64,000 nt of DNA from an uncultured Bacteroidales bacterium (GCA_937901025.1 CALCGR010000151.1:2714-66713), one strand, 5' to 3'. Positions 8,375 to 17,634 are shown, numbered from the stretch's first letter. Notes: a model not told the origin generated them from the letters alone. A program made the numbers and translations.

Positions 8375-8397
8375 GCGGTATTGAAAAATGAATAACC

Positions 8398-8425
8398 GTG
8401 CATCGTGCATCGTGCACCTTGCACC
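8398..8425. repeat. Micro-array family C copy C1 (heptamer GTGCATC x4), intergenic
   Basis: gtgcatc gtgcatc gtgcacc ttgcacc, immediately upstream of the 8439 gene. Confidence 0.85.
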
Positions 8426-8438
8426 AAAATAAACAACA

Positions 8439-10100
8439 ATGAAAAAATTACTTATAGCAATCGGATGCTTCATCAGCCTCTCGCTTATGGCGGGCAACCC
8501 CGTCTTGGAAGCACACGTCTGCCAAGCAGATAAGTTCTTGGCGGGCTGCGATGTGTTCCAGCGAACCGACGGCGACCAAGCCGGCGTACCTGTCGATATC
8601 GGCGGGGTGGAATATTCCCTTAACCTAACTTGGGGAACACCTGCCGAGTTCCCTTACAGTGATAGCATAGCTGTTGGAGGTAAATATATCTTCAACTGCC
8701 AAGTATTAGATGGTCCCGGTGAATACCGTGACACCCTCGTTACCGCGACCGGCTGCGACTCCATCGTTGTACTCACACTGACAGAGTACACTCCCGTACC
8801 GCCTTGCAAAGACACCACCGTCGAATACACCGACAGCGTCGCCGTAGGAGGTAAGTACATCTTCAACTGCCAGGTACTCACCGAGGCAGGAACTTATACG
8901 GAGACCCTAACCAAAGCCGATGGCTGCGATAGTATCGTTGTCCTCACGCTGACGGAGTATACCCCCGTACCGCCATGCGTACCGACTACGGGTGATACGA
9001 CTGCCTACGTCTGCCAAGGTGATGACTTCTACTGGCATGGTACAATAGCCGTAGATGGTGATACATGGACAACCACGAACGTTGCCGGATGTGACTCTGT
9101 AGTAACACTGCACATAATCGATTTGCTCCCGACCACAGGTGACACGACTGCTTATGTATGCCAAGGTGAAGAGTTTATCTGGCACGGTCAACCGGGTGTA
9201 GAGGGCGCCATATGGACGACTACGAATGTAGCCGGATGTGACTCTGTAGTAACACTGCACGTCATAGAACTTCTCCCCACTACGGGTGATACCACCGCTA
9301 CCGTCTGCCAAGGCGAACGACTGATCTGGCACGGGAAGGCGGCGAAGGACGGCCTGACATGGACCACGACCAATGCTGCCGGCTGCGACTCCATCGTCAC
9401 CCTGCACCTCACCGTGCTGCAACCCAGCTACGGCGATACGACAGCGTATGTATGCCAGTATGAGTCGTATTTCTGGCACGGAGAATGGGTAGCCAACACC
9501 GCGACATGGAAGACCACGAATGCCGTAGGCTGCGACTCGATCGTTACGCTGCACGTAGAGAAGAGTCCTACCTGGGTGGATGACTTACCCGCATATGCCA
9601 AGGACAACGATTGGTTGCTCATGATCGACCGCAAGCAATTGCGCGAACAATACGACATGGAACCGACCGAAGACCAAGTACACTGGTATAAAAAGAGAGT
9701 CAATGGATTTATCTTCCTCGGTACCGGCTACTACTTTACGAACGGTCAACCGCTGGAGGGTGACTATTACGCTCGTCTCGTAGGCATCGACCTCTCGCCC
9801 TTAGGTTCCTGTGTGGCTGAGGCGCGCACCATCACGTTGCACTGCGGCACGGAGGCTCGTGCACTCACCCTCGCTCCGACGATGGTCGGCGCCGGTGAAC
9901 CGATGGTACTCAGCAACCTCGACGCTACACAAGAGAGCACAATCGTGATTTATAACGCTGCGGGAAGTGCGATGCGCTCGTTCCGCGTGCAAGGCACCGA
10001 GACCTTCCACCTTAATGCGGAAGAGACCTCCGGAATCTACCTCATGCACGTTGAGAATGCACACCAATCTACCACCCTCAAGTTTATCGTTAACCAATAA
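8439..10100 (+). CDS. Cys-repeat secreted protein with T9SS C-terminal sorting domain
   Basis: Signal peptide. Two repeats of about 55 aa, then four of 49 aa of the form C-x..W-x..GCDS-x-V-x-L. C-terminus ..TIVIYNAAGSAMRSF..SGIYLMHVENAHQSTTLKFIVNQ is typical of T9SS type A CTDs. Confidence 0.75.
   Translation: MKKLLIAIGCFISLSLMAGNPVLEAHVCQADKFLAGCDVFQRTDGDQAGVPVDIGGVEYSLNLTWGTPAEFPYSDSIAVGGKYIFNCQVLDGPGEYRDTLVTATGCDSIVVLTLTEYTPVPPCKDTTVEYTDSVAVGGKYIFNCQVLTEAGTYTETLTKADGCDSIVVLTLTEYTPVPPCVPTTGDTTAYVCQGDDFYWHGTIAVDGDTWTTTNVAGCDSVVTLHIIDLLPTTGDTTAYVCQGEEFIWHGQPGVEGAIWTTTNVAGCDSVVTLHVIELLPTTGDTTATVCQGERLIWHGKAAKDGLTWTTTNAAGCDSIVTLHLTVLQPSYGDTTAYVCQYESYFWHGEWVANTATWKTTNAVGCDSIVTLHVEKSPTWVDDLPAYAKDNDWLLMIDRKQLREQYDMEPTEDQVHWYKKRVNGFIFLGTGYYFTNGQPLEGDYYARLVGIDLSPLGSCVAEARTITLHCGTEARALTLAPTMVGAGEPMVLSNLDATQESTIVIYNAAGSAMRSFRVQGTETFHLNAEETSGIYLMHVENAHQSTTLKFIVNQ
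8646..9569 (+). repeat. Intragenic tandem coding repeats (2 x about 165 nt, then 4 x 147 nt)
   Basis: The peptide units ..AVGGKYIFNCQVL..GCDSIVVLTLTEYTPVPPC x2 and TTGDTTAYVCQG..WHG..WTTTN.AGCDS.VTLH x4 are mirrored by DNA-level repeats. Confidence 0.85.
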
Positions 10101-10117
10101 TAGAAAGGAAAAGCATT

Positions 10118-11059
10118 ATGAAAAAGACCATCATTATTCTTAGTTTGCTGACCCTTTCCATGTGGGTTAGCGCACAAACGGCCGATACCACCGCCATAGC
10201 CACCGATACTATCGCTGTGGCCACCGATACTATCGCCGCTGATACGACCGCTACGGATACCACCGCCATCAATCGTCTGACGATAGGTGCCCGCATCGGT
10301 GCGGCATCGCTGCTGCAAAAAACCGTCGCTGACGCGAAAGGACAATTCGGCTTTGACGCGCTCCTCGACCTCCAATATGCCCATTACTGGATCAAGAAGA
10401 ACGATAATAAGTTCGGTATCCTGACCGGCCTTACCTTAGGCTATGTACAAACAGGCTTCAGGAGCAACGGCTCGCATCAGCAATATACCTTGACCGATCC
10501 CGACGGCTGGAAAGCACAGTACGACGTGACCGTCGGTGCCCTCCGCGAGAAAGATTACCAACTCCAATTGGAAATACCCGTGATGTTCTCCATGGTCCTC
10601 GGAAAAGGATTCTTCCTCAACGCAGGTCCGAAACTCCTATTGCCCGTCTATGCTTCCTACAAGCAAACCGTCGAGAACTCGACCATCAACGCTTATTTCG
10701 AACAGACGGACGTAACCGTTCGTAACGAGGATATCACCGGTCGCGCTACCGATGAACAACTCATCGGTAAGGGCAAGTCCAACAACCGCCTCAAACTCAA
10801 CATCACCTTAGGGGCAGAGTTGGGGTACGAGTGGCAACTCAATAACGGTAACTCCCTCGGTTTGGGCGCGTACGTGAATGGCGGCCTGTACAGCATGTAC
10901 AAGAACGACAACGCTACCGACCAAGCCGGTATCGTGGCCGTGACACCCGCTGTTCCCTCCAAGGTAACCATCTTCTCCGCTACCGATACGTGGACTAAAA
11001 AAATGGGATTTGTGGACTTCGGTCTCAAACTCGCTTACCACTTTAATTGGTATAAATAA
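10118..11059 (+). CDS. Outer-membrane beta-barrel protein (porin-like)
   Basis: Signal peptide ..SMWVSAQ. Alternating amphipathic strands (GILTGLTLGYVQ, LGAELGYEW, LGLGAYVNGG). Aromatic C-terminus LKLAYHFNWYK. Lies 17 nt after the T9SS cargo gene. Confidence 0.6.
   Translation: MKKTIIILSLLTLSMWVSAQTADTTAIATDTIAVATDTIAADTTATDTTAINRLTIGARIGAASLLQKTVADAKGQFGFDALLDLQYAHYWIKKNDNKFGILTGLTLGYVQTGFRSNGSHQQYTLTDPDGWKAQYDVTVGALREKDYQLQLEIPVMFSMVLGKGFFLNAGPKLLLPVYASYKQTVENSTINAYFEQTDVTVRNEDITGRATDEQLIGKGKSNNRLKLNITLGAELGYEWQLNNGNSLGLGAYVNGGLYSMYKNDNATDQAGIVAVTPAVPSKVTIFSATDTWTKKMGFVDFGLKLAYHFNWYK
10181..10270 (+). repeat. Low-complexity tandem array just after the signal peptide
   Basis: gccaccgatactatcgc is duplicated at 10199-10215 and 10220-10236 (period 21). 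It encodes ADTTAIATDTIAVATDTIAADTTATDTTAI. Confidence 0.8.
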
Positions 11060-11094
11060 CCCTCGCACCGTGCTTCCTGCACTTTTTGTGGCAT

Positions 11095-12732
11095 TTATTG
11101 CCCGAAATAGTGCAGCAGCACCTCGCTGGGGGTGAGTTCGGTTTGCTCCGCATAATGAACCATCGCACTCAGCCGCTCCACGTACTGGTCCTTGCGGTCC
11201 TCATATACCCGTTTCGGAAGGAAGATCGACTCCTGCCGCTCCTGAACAAAAGTGAAGCGACACGCTACCGTACGCGGGATATACGTAATCACTCCCCTCG
11301 CTGCCAAACTGCCTAAGATCCTATCCGCCTCTCTGCCTTTCAGCCTATCCGCCTCTACATCTATATATTGCAGCCCCGCAAAGATGCCGGTATATCGCCG
11401 CATAAGCGACTCTAATAGCGCCTGTTCGTTCTCGGATAGGCCATATTCCCGCCACTGCGACGTGGTGATCTTCACTTGTACGCGAGCACGCATCTCTTGG
11501 TCTTCCTCAAAATCGATATACCCCGCTTGCGAGAGGATATGCAGTGCCGCATAGGTAGGCAGCAACGGCAGGGACATCACGTGCATTAGGTCCTCCATGT
11601 GGATAGCGAACGAGTGACCCAGTCCGCTCCCGGCACCTACGCCTAAGTAATCGCAAGTCTTGTGATAGACCTCCTCGATAAACTCCTTGGTCGGATAGTT
11701 ATCCGTCACCCGCTTGCGCATCTTCGGCTTATCCGTCACGTCATATAACAACACCGCATAGGCGGTCTTCCCATCCCGTCCGGCGCGTCCGGCTTCTTGG
11801 AAATACGCCTCCAGGCTATCGGGCAGATCAAAGTGTACGACGAGCCTTACATCGGGTTTGTCGATACCCATGCCAAAGGCATTGGTGCAAGCCATGATAC
11901 GCGTCTTATTCTGTTTCCACGCCTGCTGTTTCTCGCTGCGCTCGAGCGACGTGAGTCCCGCATGGTAGAAGTCCGCATCAGGCAGGGCTTCCGCCAGTTC
12001 TTGCGCCCGCTTGCGGTTGCGCACATACACAATCGCCGAACCCGGCACCTTGGATAGGATATGCTGTAACTCGCCCCATTTATCGTTCGTCTTCCTCACT
12101 ACGTATTGTAAGTTCTTCCGCTCAAAACTCTGCGTGAAGACTTTCATCACCCCGAGCCTCTCACAGATGTCCTCGACGACCTTCGGGGTCGCGGTGGCGG
12201 TGATGGCTAGTAGCGGACAGGTGATGAGTTGACGGATATCGGCTATATGCAGGTAGGAGGGACGGAAATCGTATCCCCATTGGCTGATGCAGTGGGCTTC
12301 GTCCACGGCGATGAGACTGATGGGCAGTTGGGCGAGGCGTTTACGGAAATCCTCATTCTCCAACCGCTCGGGGGAGACATACAGGAAGTGGTAGGGTCCG
12401 AACTGACAGTTATCCAAGGCGGCTGCTTGTTGGTCGTGACTCATACCCGAATAGATGGCTGCCGCCAGGATATCGTGCTGCTTGAGGTTCTCCACCTGGT
12501 CCTTCATGAGGGCAATAAGCGGCGTGATGACGAGGCATAAGGACGGCTGACCCGCTTCGGCTTTGACCATCGTGGGAATCTGGAAACACAAGGACTTGCC
12601 TCCGCCCGTAGGCATCAATGCCAGCGTGTCCTGTCCCGATAGAACGGAACCGATAATCTCTTCCTGCAACGGGCGGAAGGATTCGTAACCGAAATATTTC
12701 TTTAAGACCTCAAGCGGTGTCATTGCATTCAC
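11095..12732 (-). CDS. recQ: RecQ-family ATP-dependent DNA helicase (short form)
   Basis: KKYFGYESFRPLQEEII, Walker A PTGGGKS, DEAH box VDEAHCISQWGYDFRPSY and FQEAGRAGRDG. At 545 aa it is shorter than E. coli RecQ. Confidence 0.9.
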   Translation of the reverse strand: MNAMTPLEVLKKYFGYESFRPLQEEIIGSVLSGQDTLALMPTGGGKSLCFQIPTMVKAEAGQPSLCLVITPLIALMKDQVENLKQHDILAAAIYSGMSHDQQAAALDNCQFGPYHFLYVSPERLENEDFRKRLAQLPISLIAVDEAHCISQWGYDFRPSYLHIADIRQLITCPLLAITATATPKVVEDICERLGVMKVFTQSFERKNLQYVVRKTNDKWGELQHILSKVPGSAIVYVRNRKRAQELAEALPDADFYHAGLTSLERSEKQQAWKQNKTRIMACTNAFGMGIDKPDVRLVVHFDLPDSLEAYFQEAGRAGRDGKTAYAVLLYDVTDKPKMRKRVTDNYPTKEFIEEVYHKTCDYLGVGAGSGLGHSFAIHMEDLMHVMSLPLLPTYAALHILSQAGYIDFEEDQEMRARVQVKITTSQWREYGLSENEQALLESLMRRYTGIFAGLQYIDVEADRLKGREADRILGSLAARGVITYIPRTVACRFTFVQERQESIFLPKRVYEDRKDQYVERLSAMVHYAEQTELTPSEVLLHYFGQ

Positions 12733-12742
12733 TTTTCCGCTG

Positions 12743-12774
12743 CAAAATTACAACAATTTTCTCAAATATGCAAA
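12743..12774 (-). promoter_or_regulatory. Promoter for recQ (minus strand)
   Basis: The minus strand reads aaatttgcatatttgagaaaattgttgtaattttgcag: TTTG, 20 nt, TAATTTTG. Confidence 0.65.
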
Positions 12775-12789
12775 TTTTTGTAAGAAATA

Positions 12790-12821
12790 TTTGCGTATAT
12801 TCAAAAAATGTAGTACCTTTG
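12790..12821 (+). promoter_or_regulatory. Promoter P4 for yicC, back-to-back with the recQ promoter
   Basis: TTTG 12790-12793, 20 nt, TACCTTTG 12814-12821. Confidence 0.7.
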
Positions 12822-12829
12822 CACTCACT

Positions 12830-13765
12830 ATGATAAAATCAATGACCGGCTATGGTAAGGCCGTAAGAGATTACCAGGATAAGACGCTTACCGTCGAGTT
12901 GCGCGGACTGAACTCCAAATCCTTGGATTTGAATTGCCGTATGCCCGCATTGTTAGCCGAAAAAGAGTTGGATATGCGCCAACTCATCGCCGCTCGTCTC
13001 GAGCGCGGCAAAGTGGATATGACGGTCTCCATCGTCGACCGACCGCTATCGCTGAAGGACCGCTGCGCTGAAGGACCGGCTACGCCTGAAGGACTGACCC
13101 CCATCAACGCAGAGGCATTTAAGTTTTACTACAAACAGTTGGCGGACTTGCAAGCCGAGTTGGGTATCCCTGCTTCGGCAGACTTGGTAGGGGCGGTGAT
13201 GCGTCTGCCGGCGGTGACGAAGGCGGAGAGTCAGGAGGTCGCGGCTACCTTAGACCCTGCGTTAGCTCAGTTGGTGATGGAAACCCTCACGGAGGCTATC
13301 GACGCCTTTGACGCTTTCCGCACGCAGGAGGGCGCAGCCTTGCAAGCGATGTTTGAGGACAAGCTGACGGCGATTGAGAACCTCAAGGCGGAGGTGGAAC
13401 CGTTGGAGAAAGGGAGAGTGGAGCATATCCGCGAGCACCTACTCAGTAACCTCGATAAACTGGCGGAGGAAACGAAAGAGCGCATCGATAGCAATCGCTT
13501 GGAGCAGGAGATGATCTACTACCTCGAGAAGTTAGATATCACCGAGGAGAAGGTACGATTGACCAATCATATCAAATATTTCCGCGAGACGATGAGCGGG
13601 GACGGTACGGGTGTAGGGAAGAAACTCGGGTTTATTGCCCAAGAGATGGGTCGCGAGATCAATACCTTAGGCAGCAAGTCCAATCAGTCTGAAATGCAGA
13701 TCATCGTAGTGAAGATGAAAGACTTGCTCGAACAGATCAAAGAGCAAGTGCTCAACGTACTTTAG
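12830..13765 (+). CDS. yicC: YicC family stress-induced protein
   Basis: MIKSMTGYGKA N-terminus. C-terminal ..GKKLGFIAQEMGREINTLGSKSN..MKDLLEQIKEQVLNV is typical of YicC. Start moved from 12791 to the ATG downstream of P4. Confidence 0.9.
   Translation: MIKSMTGYGKAVRDYQDKTLTVELRGLNSKSLDLNCRMPALLAEKELDMRQLIAARLERGKVDMTVSIVDRPLSLKDRCAEGPATPEGLTPINAEAFKFYYKQLADLQAELGIPASADLVGAVMRLPAVTKAESQEVAATLDPALAQLVMETLTEAIDAFDAFRTQEGAALQAMFEDKLTAIENLKAEVEPLEKGRVEHIREHLLSNLDKLAEETKERIDSNRLEQEMIYYLEKLDITEEKVRLTNHIKYFRETMSGDGTGVGKKLGFIAQEMGREINTLGSKSNQSEMQIIVVKMKDLLEQIKEQVLNVL
13051..13100 (+). repeat. 16-17-nt tandem triplet inside yicC
   Basis: gctgaaggaccgctgc / gctgaaggaccggctac / gcctgaaggactgaccc. It encodes ..LKDRCAEGPATPEGLTP. 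Confidence 0.8.
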
Positions 13766-13830
13766 ATTAAGCGGTTATATGAGCCCATGATAGACCATGC
13801 TCATAATAGTATGATTTTAAAGAAAAAAAT

Positions 13831-16800
13831 CTAAAGATTTCTTATGTCACGAACAAATAATGTCTTTGGATCCTTATAGAACTGCACAAAATCCGCCGTT
13901 GAGGTGGAGTTGGGGAGTGCACCGAAATGCTCTTTGGGCGCGTTGCGCCAAGTGAGGAAATACACAATCGGGAAACCCTCTACGGCGGGTTGCAAGACCG
14001 TTGTCCACCATGTGGGGTAGGTGTCGTTCTTGTTGCCACATTCGGTGAGAGCAATCAGTAAGCCGTGCTGTGCGGCGTACTGAGACATAAACGTTAAGTC
14101 ACGTCTGACATTATTGTAAAACCGTTTGGCTTGTGATTCGTCTTTCGTCCACTGATAGGCGTCAGGACCTAATAGGTCGACACGCCCATCGCCGGGCCAG
14201 CGTTCTAAGAAGTGTTCCAACGTGTTCTCCGTTCTCAGATTAGGAGTGTTTGCCCACACAATCTGCCCGGGCAGTTGCTCATTGAGGTAGTCCTGCGTGA
14301 GGTTCCATAACTGTTTATATTCCTCTGCCGAACAGTTGCCTTCACCCCACCAGAACCACGAGCCGTTATATTCGTGCCAAGGGCGGAAGATAAACGGAAT
14401 AGGGGTTGAAAGGCTGAAAGGTTGAGAGGCGGAGAGGCTTTTAAAAAAGTGTGCAAGGGCTTGTAACCAAGTGATGAAGAGTTCGTGGTTCTCGCCTCCG
14501 GGGAGGATACTATGTACGGTCTTTGGATCACTCACGTCCCACGCATTGCCACCTGTCTTAGGATTGCGCGGGTGCCATGACAGGGTGATGACACCTCCGC
14601 GTTCGTGTTGGCGGATAATCTCCTCGCGCATTAACTCAAACGGCACCGAATCGAGGTTCTTATTATCTCCCACCTCCAAACCTCCTAAGTCAAAGCCCAT
14701 AATCCCGGGATAGTCGCCTACGGCATCCTTCGTATCCGAACGACCGGGTTCGTATGCCCACGTAGCTCCATAGAACGGGTCGTCTTGGTGGCCGTACATA
14801 TACCCCTTACTTTGGATATGTCTCAGTCGCGCGATGAGTTGCTCGCGTGGCGTGGGCGCAGCCGAACCGTAGATACGTATCTGTTGAATCTGAACGCCCG
14901 GATCGAGGGGATAGACACGTACACGATGGGTTCCCTCCGTCGTGATAGTAGCGGTGATCGAGCGCGTGGCATATCCGCGCATAACGTTTAGTCGCCATTC
15001 GGCGGAGAAGTCCTTCTCGTGGATGTCGAACACCTGTTCGGGTTGGTCGTCGAACTGAATGGCAAATCGTGCCCCGCGTCCCTCATAGAGGTGCAACGTC
15101 GGTAAGGTGCGCACTTCGAGGCTGCAACGCCCAACGTGAAGGGGGATGTCTTGGGTGTAGGGGTGTAGGGGGGTAGAGGAGTAGGGGGGTAGGGGAATAA
15201 TCAGGGCAGGAGCCTCCGGGAAGGGTGGACACAGCCCCAAATAGATAGCGTCAATACGTGCGTCGGACGGAACATGAGTTATGCGCAAGGTGTTCTTGCC
15301 TTCGCTCACATGGAGGGTGCCGACCTTGTGCCAGGCGGGTCCTATTTGAGTGGTGTGCCATACGTTATTGATGACCGTAGCGGAAGCGTCAAAAGACTGC
15401 TCACCGCACTGTACGTGCCCAAAGACATTATCCTCGGGCAGTTTAGAGAACCGGCGAACGGGTGATAACGCACGTATCCAGAGGTCGATGTCCCCGCTTT
15501 TCTCGCTTACGAATGTAGCCCCTGTATCGGAGAGGGCTGCTGCTACATCCATCGGTCTCGACTGAGGCGCTTGGCGCACTCTTTGGATGGTGGCAGGAGT
15601 GCAATAGTCAAGGGGCAACGTGTCCGAGTAGTACCAATGGTAGGGTCTCCAGTTAAAGAAATGCTCCCATTTGCCGTCGGCGATGTCTTCGTTATAGTGC
15701 CTTGTCCATTCGTTGAGGGAGTCGTAAAGTGCCACTACTCGCTCGCCTTCTTGCAGTGCAAGAGTATCCTCTCCAAGCGAGGCGTGGTGAAGGCTCAACC
15801 GTGACAGCAGTTGCATCTCGTTGAGCATCTGTGCTCCGCGAATGGGGTAGAGGATGAGCTCAAAATAGGCCTCTCTTAGGGTCTTAGGAATACGCTGTGC
15901 TAAGGATTGTGCGCGAACGGCAATCGTTTTCCATTCGTGGATACGGGCAATGATCTCATCTTTGGGATACTCGATAAACTGAATATGCGACTCCTTGCCG
16001 CTTGCCATCAAACGATAATAGACGGCTTGTAACGCGCTTATCTCATCGGCATAGTCGGCACCGAACGTCTCGCTTGCCCAGTGGTAGATATACCGATGGG
16101 CTTGGTTGGGAGTCCATTGGTCTATATCCCACGCCATATCCATCACAAACGATATCTCTTTCTCGGCAGGTTTGATGTCCCCCACATTAAATATCCAAAT
16201 CCGTTGCGCTCCGTACCGATAAGCTTTGTTTAGCTCCGTAGCCACGAAGGTAGGGGATAAAGGACTGAGCCATATCCAGCTGGCAGGATCGCCGTGATAG
16301 GAGAGGTGGTAGTAGATACCGGCACCGCCGCTGCGACGCATCTCCTCCTCGTTGCTGAGGTTACGGGTATAACCTTGCTTGTCGTCCGACCAAAGAAGCG
16401 TCACATCCTCCGGCACTTGTAAGCCTGCGTGGTAGGCTTCTAACACTTCCTCGTAAGTGCAAAGCACCTGCGGGACTTGCTCGATGGGTTGGTTGATGTT
16501 ACGGCGAATGAGTTCACGCTGGTCGTCGATGGCCTGTTGCATGAGTTGTACGCGTTGCTCGGTGGTCTGTGCACCCTCCATCGGATAGTCGTGGATACCC
16601 CGCAAACCGAGCGTATAAGTGTTCTCGTATTTGCCGTTCGTCTTCAACCGCTCCTCCCAATAGTTGAGCATCGTCTGTCGGTTGGTGATGTAGTTGAAGT
16701 CGCCGTAGATGCCGGCGTTCTTCCACTCGTCCTCGTTATTGCGCAACATCTGTTCGCAGTGGGACGAACCCATCACAATAGCATATTTGTCAGCCAATCG

Positions 16801-17571
16801 GGCGTTCTCGCTATTGGCATTGAAGGCTTTGGAACCGTTGTGCATGGCAGGCCATAAGTAATTGGCTCGCAAGCGCAAGAGTAACTCAAACACTTTCTCA
16901 TATACCTTTGGTCCTACTTGTCCCGTCTCTTTGTCGAAAGACTGTTCCACCCACTGTGCCCATCCGCCAAAGCGCTCGTCGTTGATGAAGATTCCTCTAT
17001 ATCGCACCAAAGGCTCGTGTTGGATATATGTGCCGTTGGTTAGGTATAACGCCTCTTTGACTGTCGGTGTCACATCTGCCCACCAGTACCAAGGTGATAC
17101 TCCTATCAATCGACAGAGTGCCGTCAAACCAAAAGCCGTGCCTCGACGGTCACTACCTGCAATCACTAACAAAGGCTGACGGGTACGCGGATGAACGATC
17201 GTGGTGGTGAGACTTGCTTCCCATCGGCCGGCAATACTATCCGTGTTAATCAGTCCTTTGGCGATGAGCTCGTCGATAAGGTGACTGTGCCCGATCGTAC
17301 CTGCGATGACGGCGGGACACCGTTCGAGTTGGTTCAGCCGTTTGGCTTGCCTGACAGAGGCGGGACGAGTAGCTACTCGTTCGATATCATCTGCAAACAT
17401 CTGCGCACTAATCGCTACCACGGGATAATCGTTCTCGCTATAGTAGATAGGCGCTACTCGTTGGTTCGTATCGACCAACGGAAAAGCCTCGTTAGAGGCC
17501 GTCTCTGTCACGATGGGCGTTGCGCTCCATAGTGTCCCGACGAAACAAAGAATGGATAAAAGAATATTCAT
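13831..17571 (-). CDS. GH115 (xylan alpha-glucuronidase family) fused to a C-terminal GH26 (mannanase family) domain
   Basis: GH115: GSDRRGTAFGLTALCRLIGVSPWYWWADV, RYRGIFINDE, WPAMH, MGSSHCEQMLRNN. GH26: [38 protein letters not shown]. Start set at the ATG (MNILLSILCF..) after the promoter. Confidence 0.8.
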   Translation of the reverse strand: MNILLSILCFVGTLWSATPIVTETASNEAFPLVDTNQRVAPIYYSENDYPVVAISAQMFADDIERVATRPASVRQAKRLNQLERCPAVIAGTIGHSHLIDELIAKGLINTDSIAGRWEASLTTTIVHPRTRQPLLVIAGSDRRGTAFGLTALCRLIGVSPWYWWADVTPTVKEALYLTNGTYIQHEPLVRYRGIFINDERFGGWAQWVEQSFDKETGQVGPKVYEKVFELLLRLRANYLWPAMHNGSKAFNANSENARLADKYAIVMGSSHCEQMLRNNEDEWKNAGIYGDFNYITNRQTMLNYWEERLKTNGKYENTYTLGLRGIHDYPMEGAQTTEQRVQLMQQAIDDQRELIRRNINQPIEQVPQVLCTYEEVLEAYHAGLQVPEDVTLLWSDDKQGYTRNLSNEEEMRRSGGAGIYYHLSYHGDPASWIWLSPLSPTFVATELNKAYRYGAQRIWIFNVGDIKPAEKEISFVMDMAWDIDQWTPNQAHRYIYHWASETFGADYADEISALQAVYYRLMASGKESHIQFIEYPKDEIIARIHEWKTIAVRAQSLAQRIPKTLREAYFELILYPIRGAQMLNEMQLLSRLSLHHASLGEDTLALQEGERVVALYDSLNEWTRHYNEDIADGKWEHFFNWRPYHWYYSDTLPLDYCTPATIQRVRQAPQSRPMDVAAALSDTGATFVSEKSGDIDLWIRALSPVRRFSKLPEDNVFGHVQCGEQSFDASATVINNVWHTTQIGPAWHKVGTLHVSEGKNTLRITHVPSDARIDAIYLGLCPPFPEAPALIIPLPPYSSTPLHPYTQDIPLHVGRCSLEVRTLPTLHLYEGRGARFAIQFDDQPEQVFDIHEKDFSAEWRLNVMRGYATRSITATITTEGTHRVRVYPLDPGVQIQQIRIYGSAAPTPREQLIARLRHIQSKGYMYGHQDDPFYGATWAYEPGRSDTKDAVGDYPGIMGFDLGGLEVGDNKNLDSVPFELMREEIIRQHERGGVITLSWHPRNPKTGGNAWDVSDPKTVHSILPGGENHELFITWLQALAHFFKSLSASQPFSLSTPIPFIFRPWHEYNGSWFWWGEGNCSAEEYKQLWNLTQDYLNEQLPGQIVWANTPNLRTENTLEHFLERWPGDGRVDLLGPDAYQWTKDESQAKRFYNNVRRDLTFMSQYAAQHGLLIALTECGNKNDTYPTWWTTVLQPAVEGFPIVYFLTWRNAPKEHFGALPNSTSTADFVQFYKDPKTLFVRDIRNL
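14405..14438. repeat. Octamer micro-array (TGAAAGGC-like x4) inside the GH26 domain
   Basis: gttgaaaggc tgaaaggt tgagaggc ggagaggc on +. Read on the minus strand as SLSASQPFSLST. The paralogous GH26 domain (39439 gene) has TLVDENGQ here. Confidence 0.75.
15153..15196. repeat. Micro-array family A copy A2 inside the GH115 domain
   Basis: gggtgtaggggtgtaggggggtagaggagtaggggggtagggga. The minus-strand gene reads IPLPPYSSTPLHPYTQ. Confidence 0.85.
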
Positions 17572-17575
17572 TGTG

Positions 17576-17607
17576 CAAAGGTACGACTTTTTTTTGATAT
17601 ATACAAG
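17576..17607 (-). promoter_or_regulatory. Promoter for the GH115-GH26 gene (minus strand)
   Basis: The minus strand reads aaatgcttgtatatatcaaaaaaaagtcgtacctttgcac. The -7 TACCTTTG is perfect and the -33 is CTTG. Confidence 0.6.
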
Positions 17608-17634
17608 CATTTAGCAAAAAAAATATCAAATAAA

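Noticed and set aside
8646-9569. A diversity-generating retroelement as the source of focused variability in the Cys-repeat protein
   Set aside because: There is no reverse transcriptase, no template repeat outside the gene and no adenine-specific substitution pattern visible. Ordinary repeat divergence or recombination is sufficient.
1-11059. The TA-rich left block considered as an integrated mobile element or genomic island
   Set aside because: No integrase, transposase, conjugation or phage genes, no tRNA and no att-like repeats are found in the window. The lower GC impression is by eye only. This is left as an open possibility, not a call.
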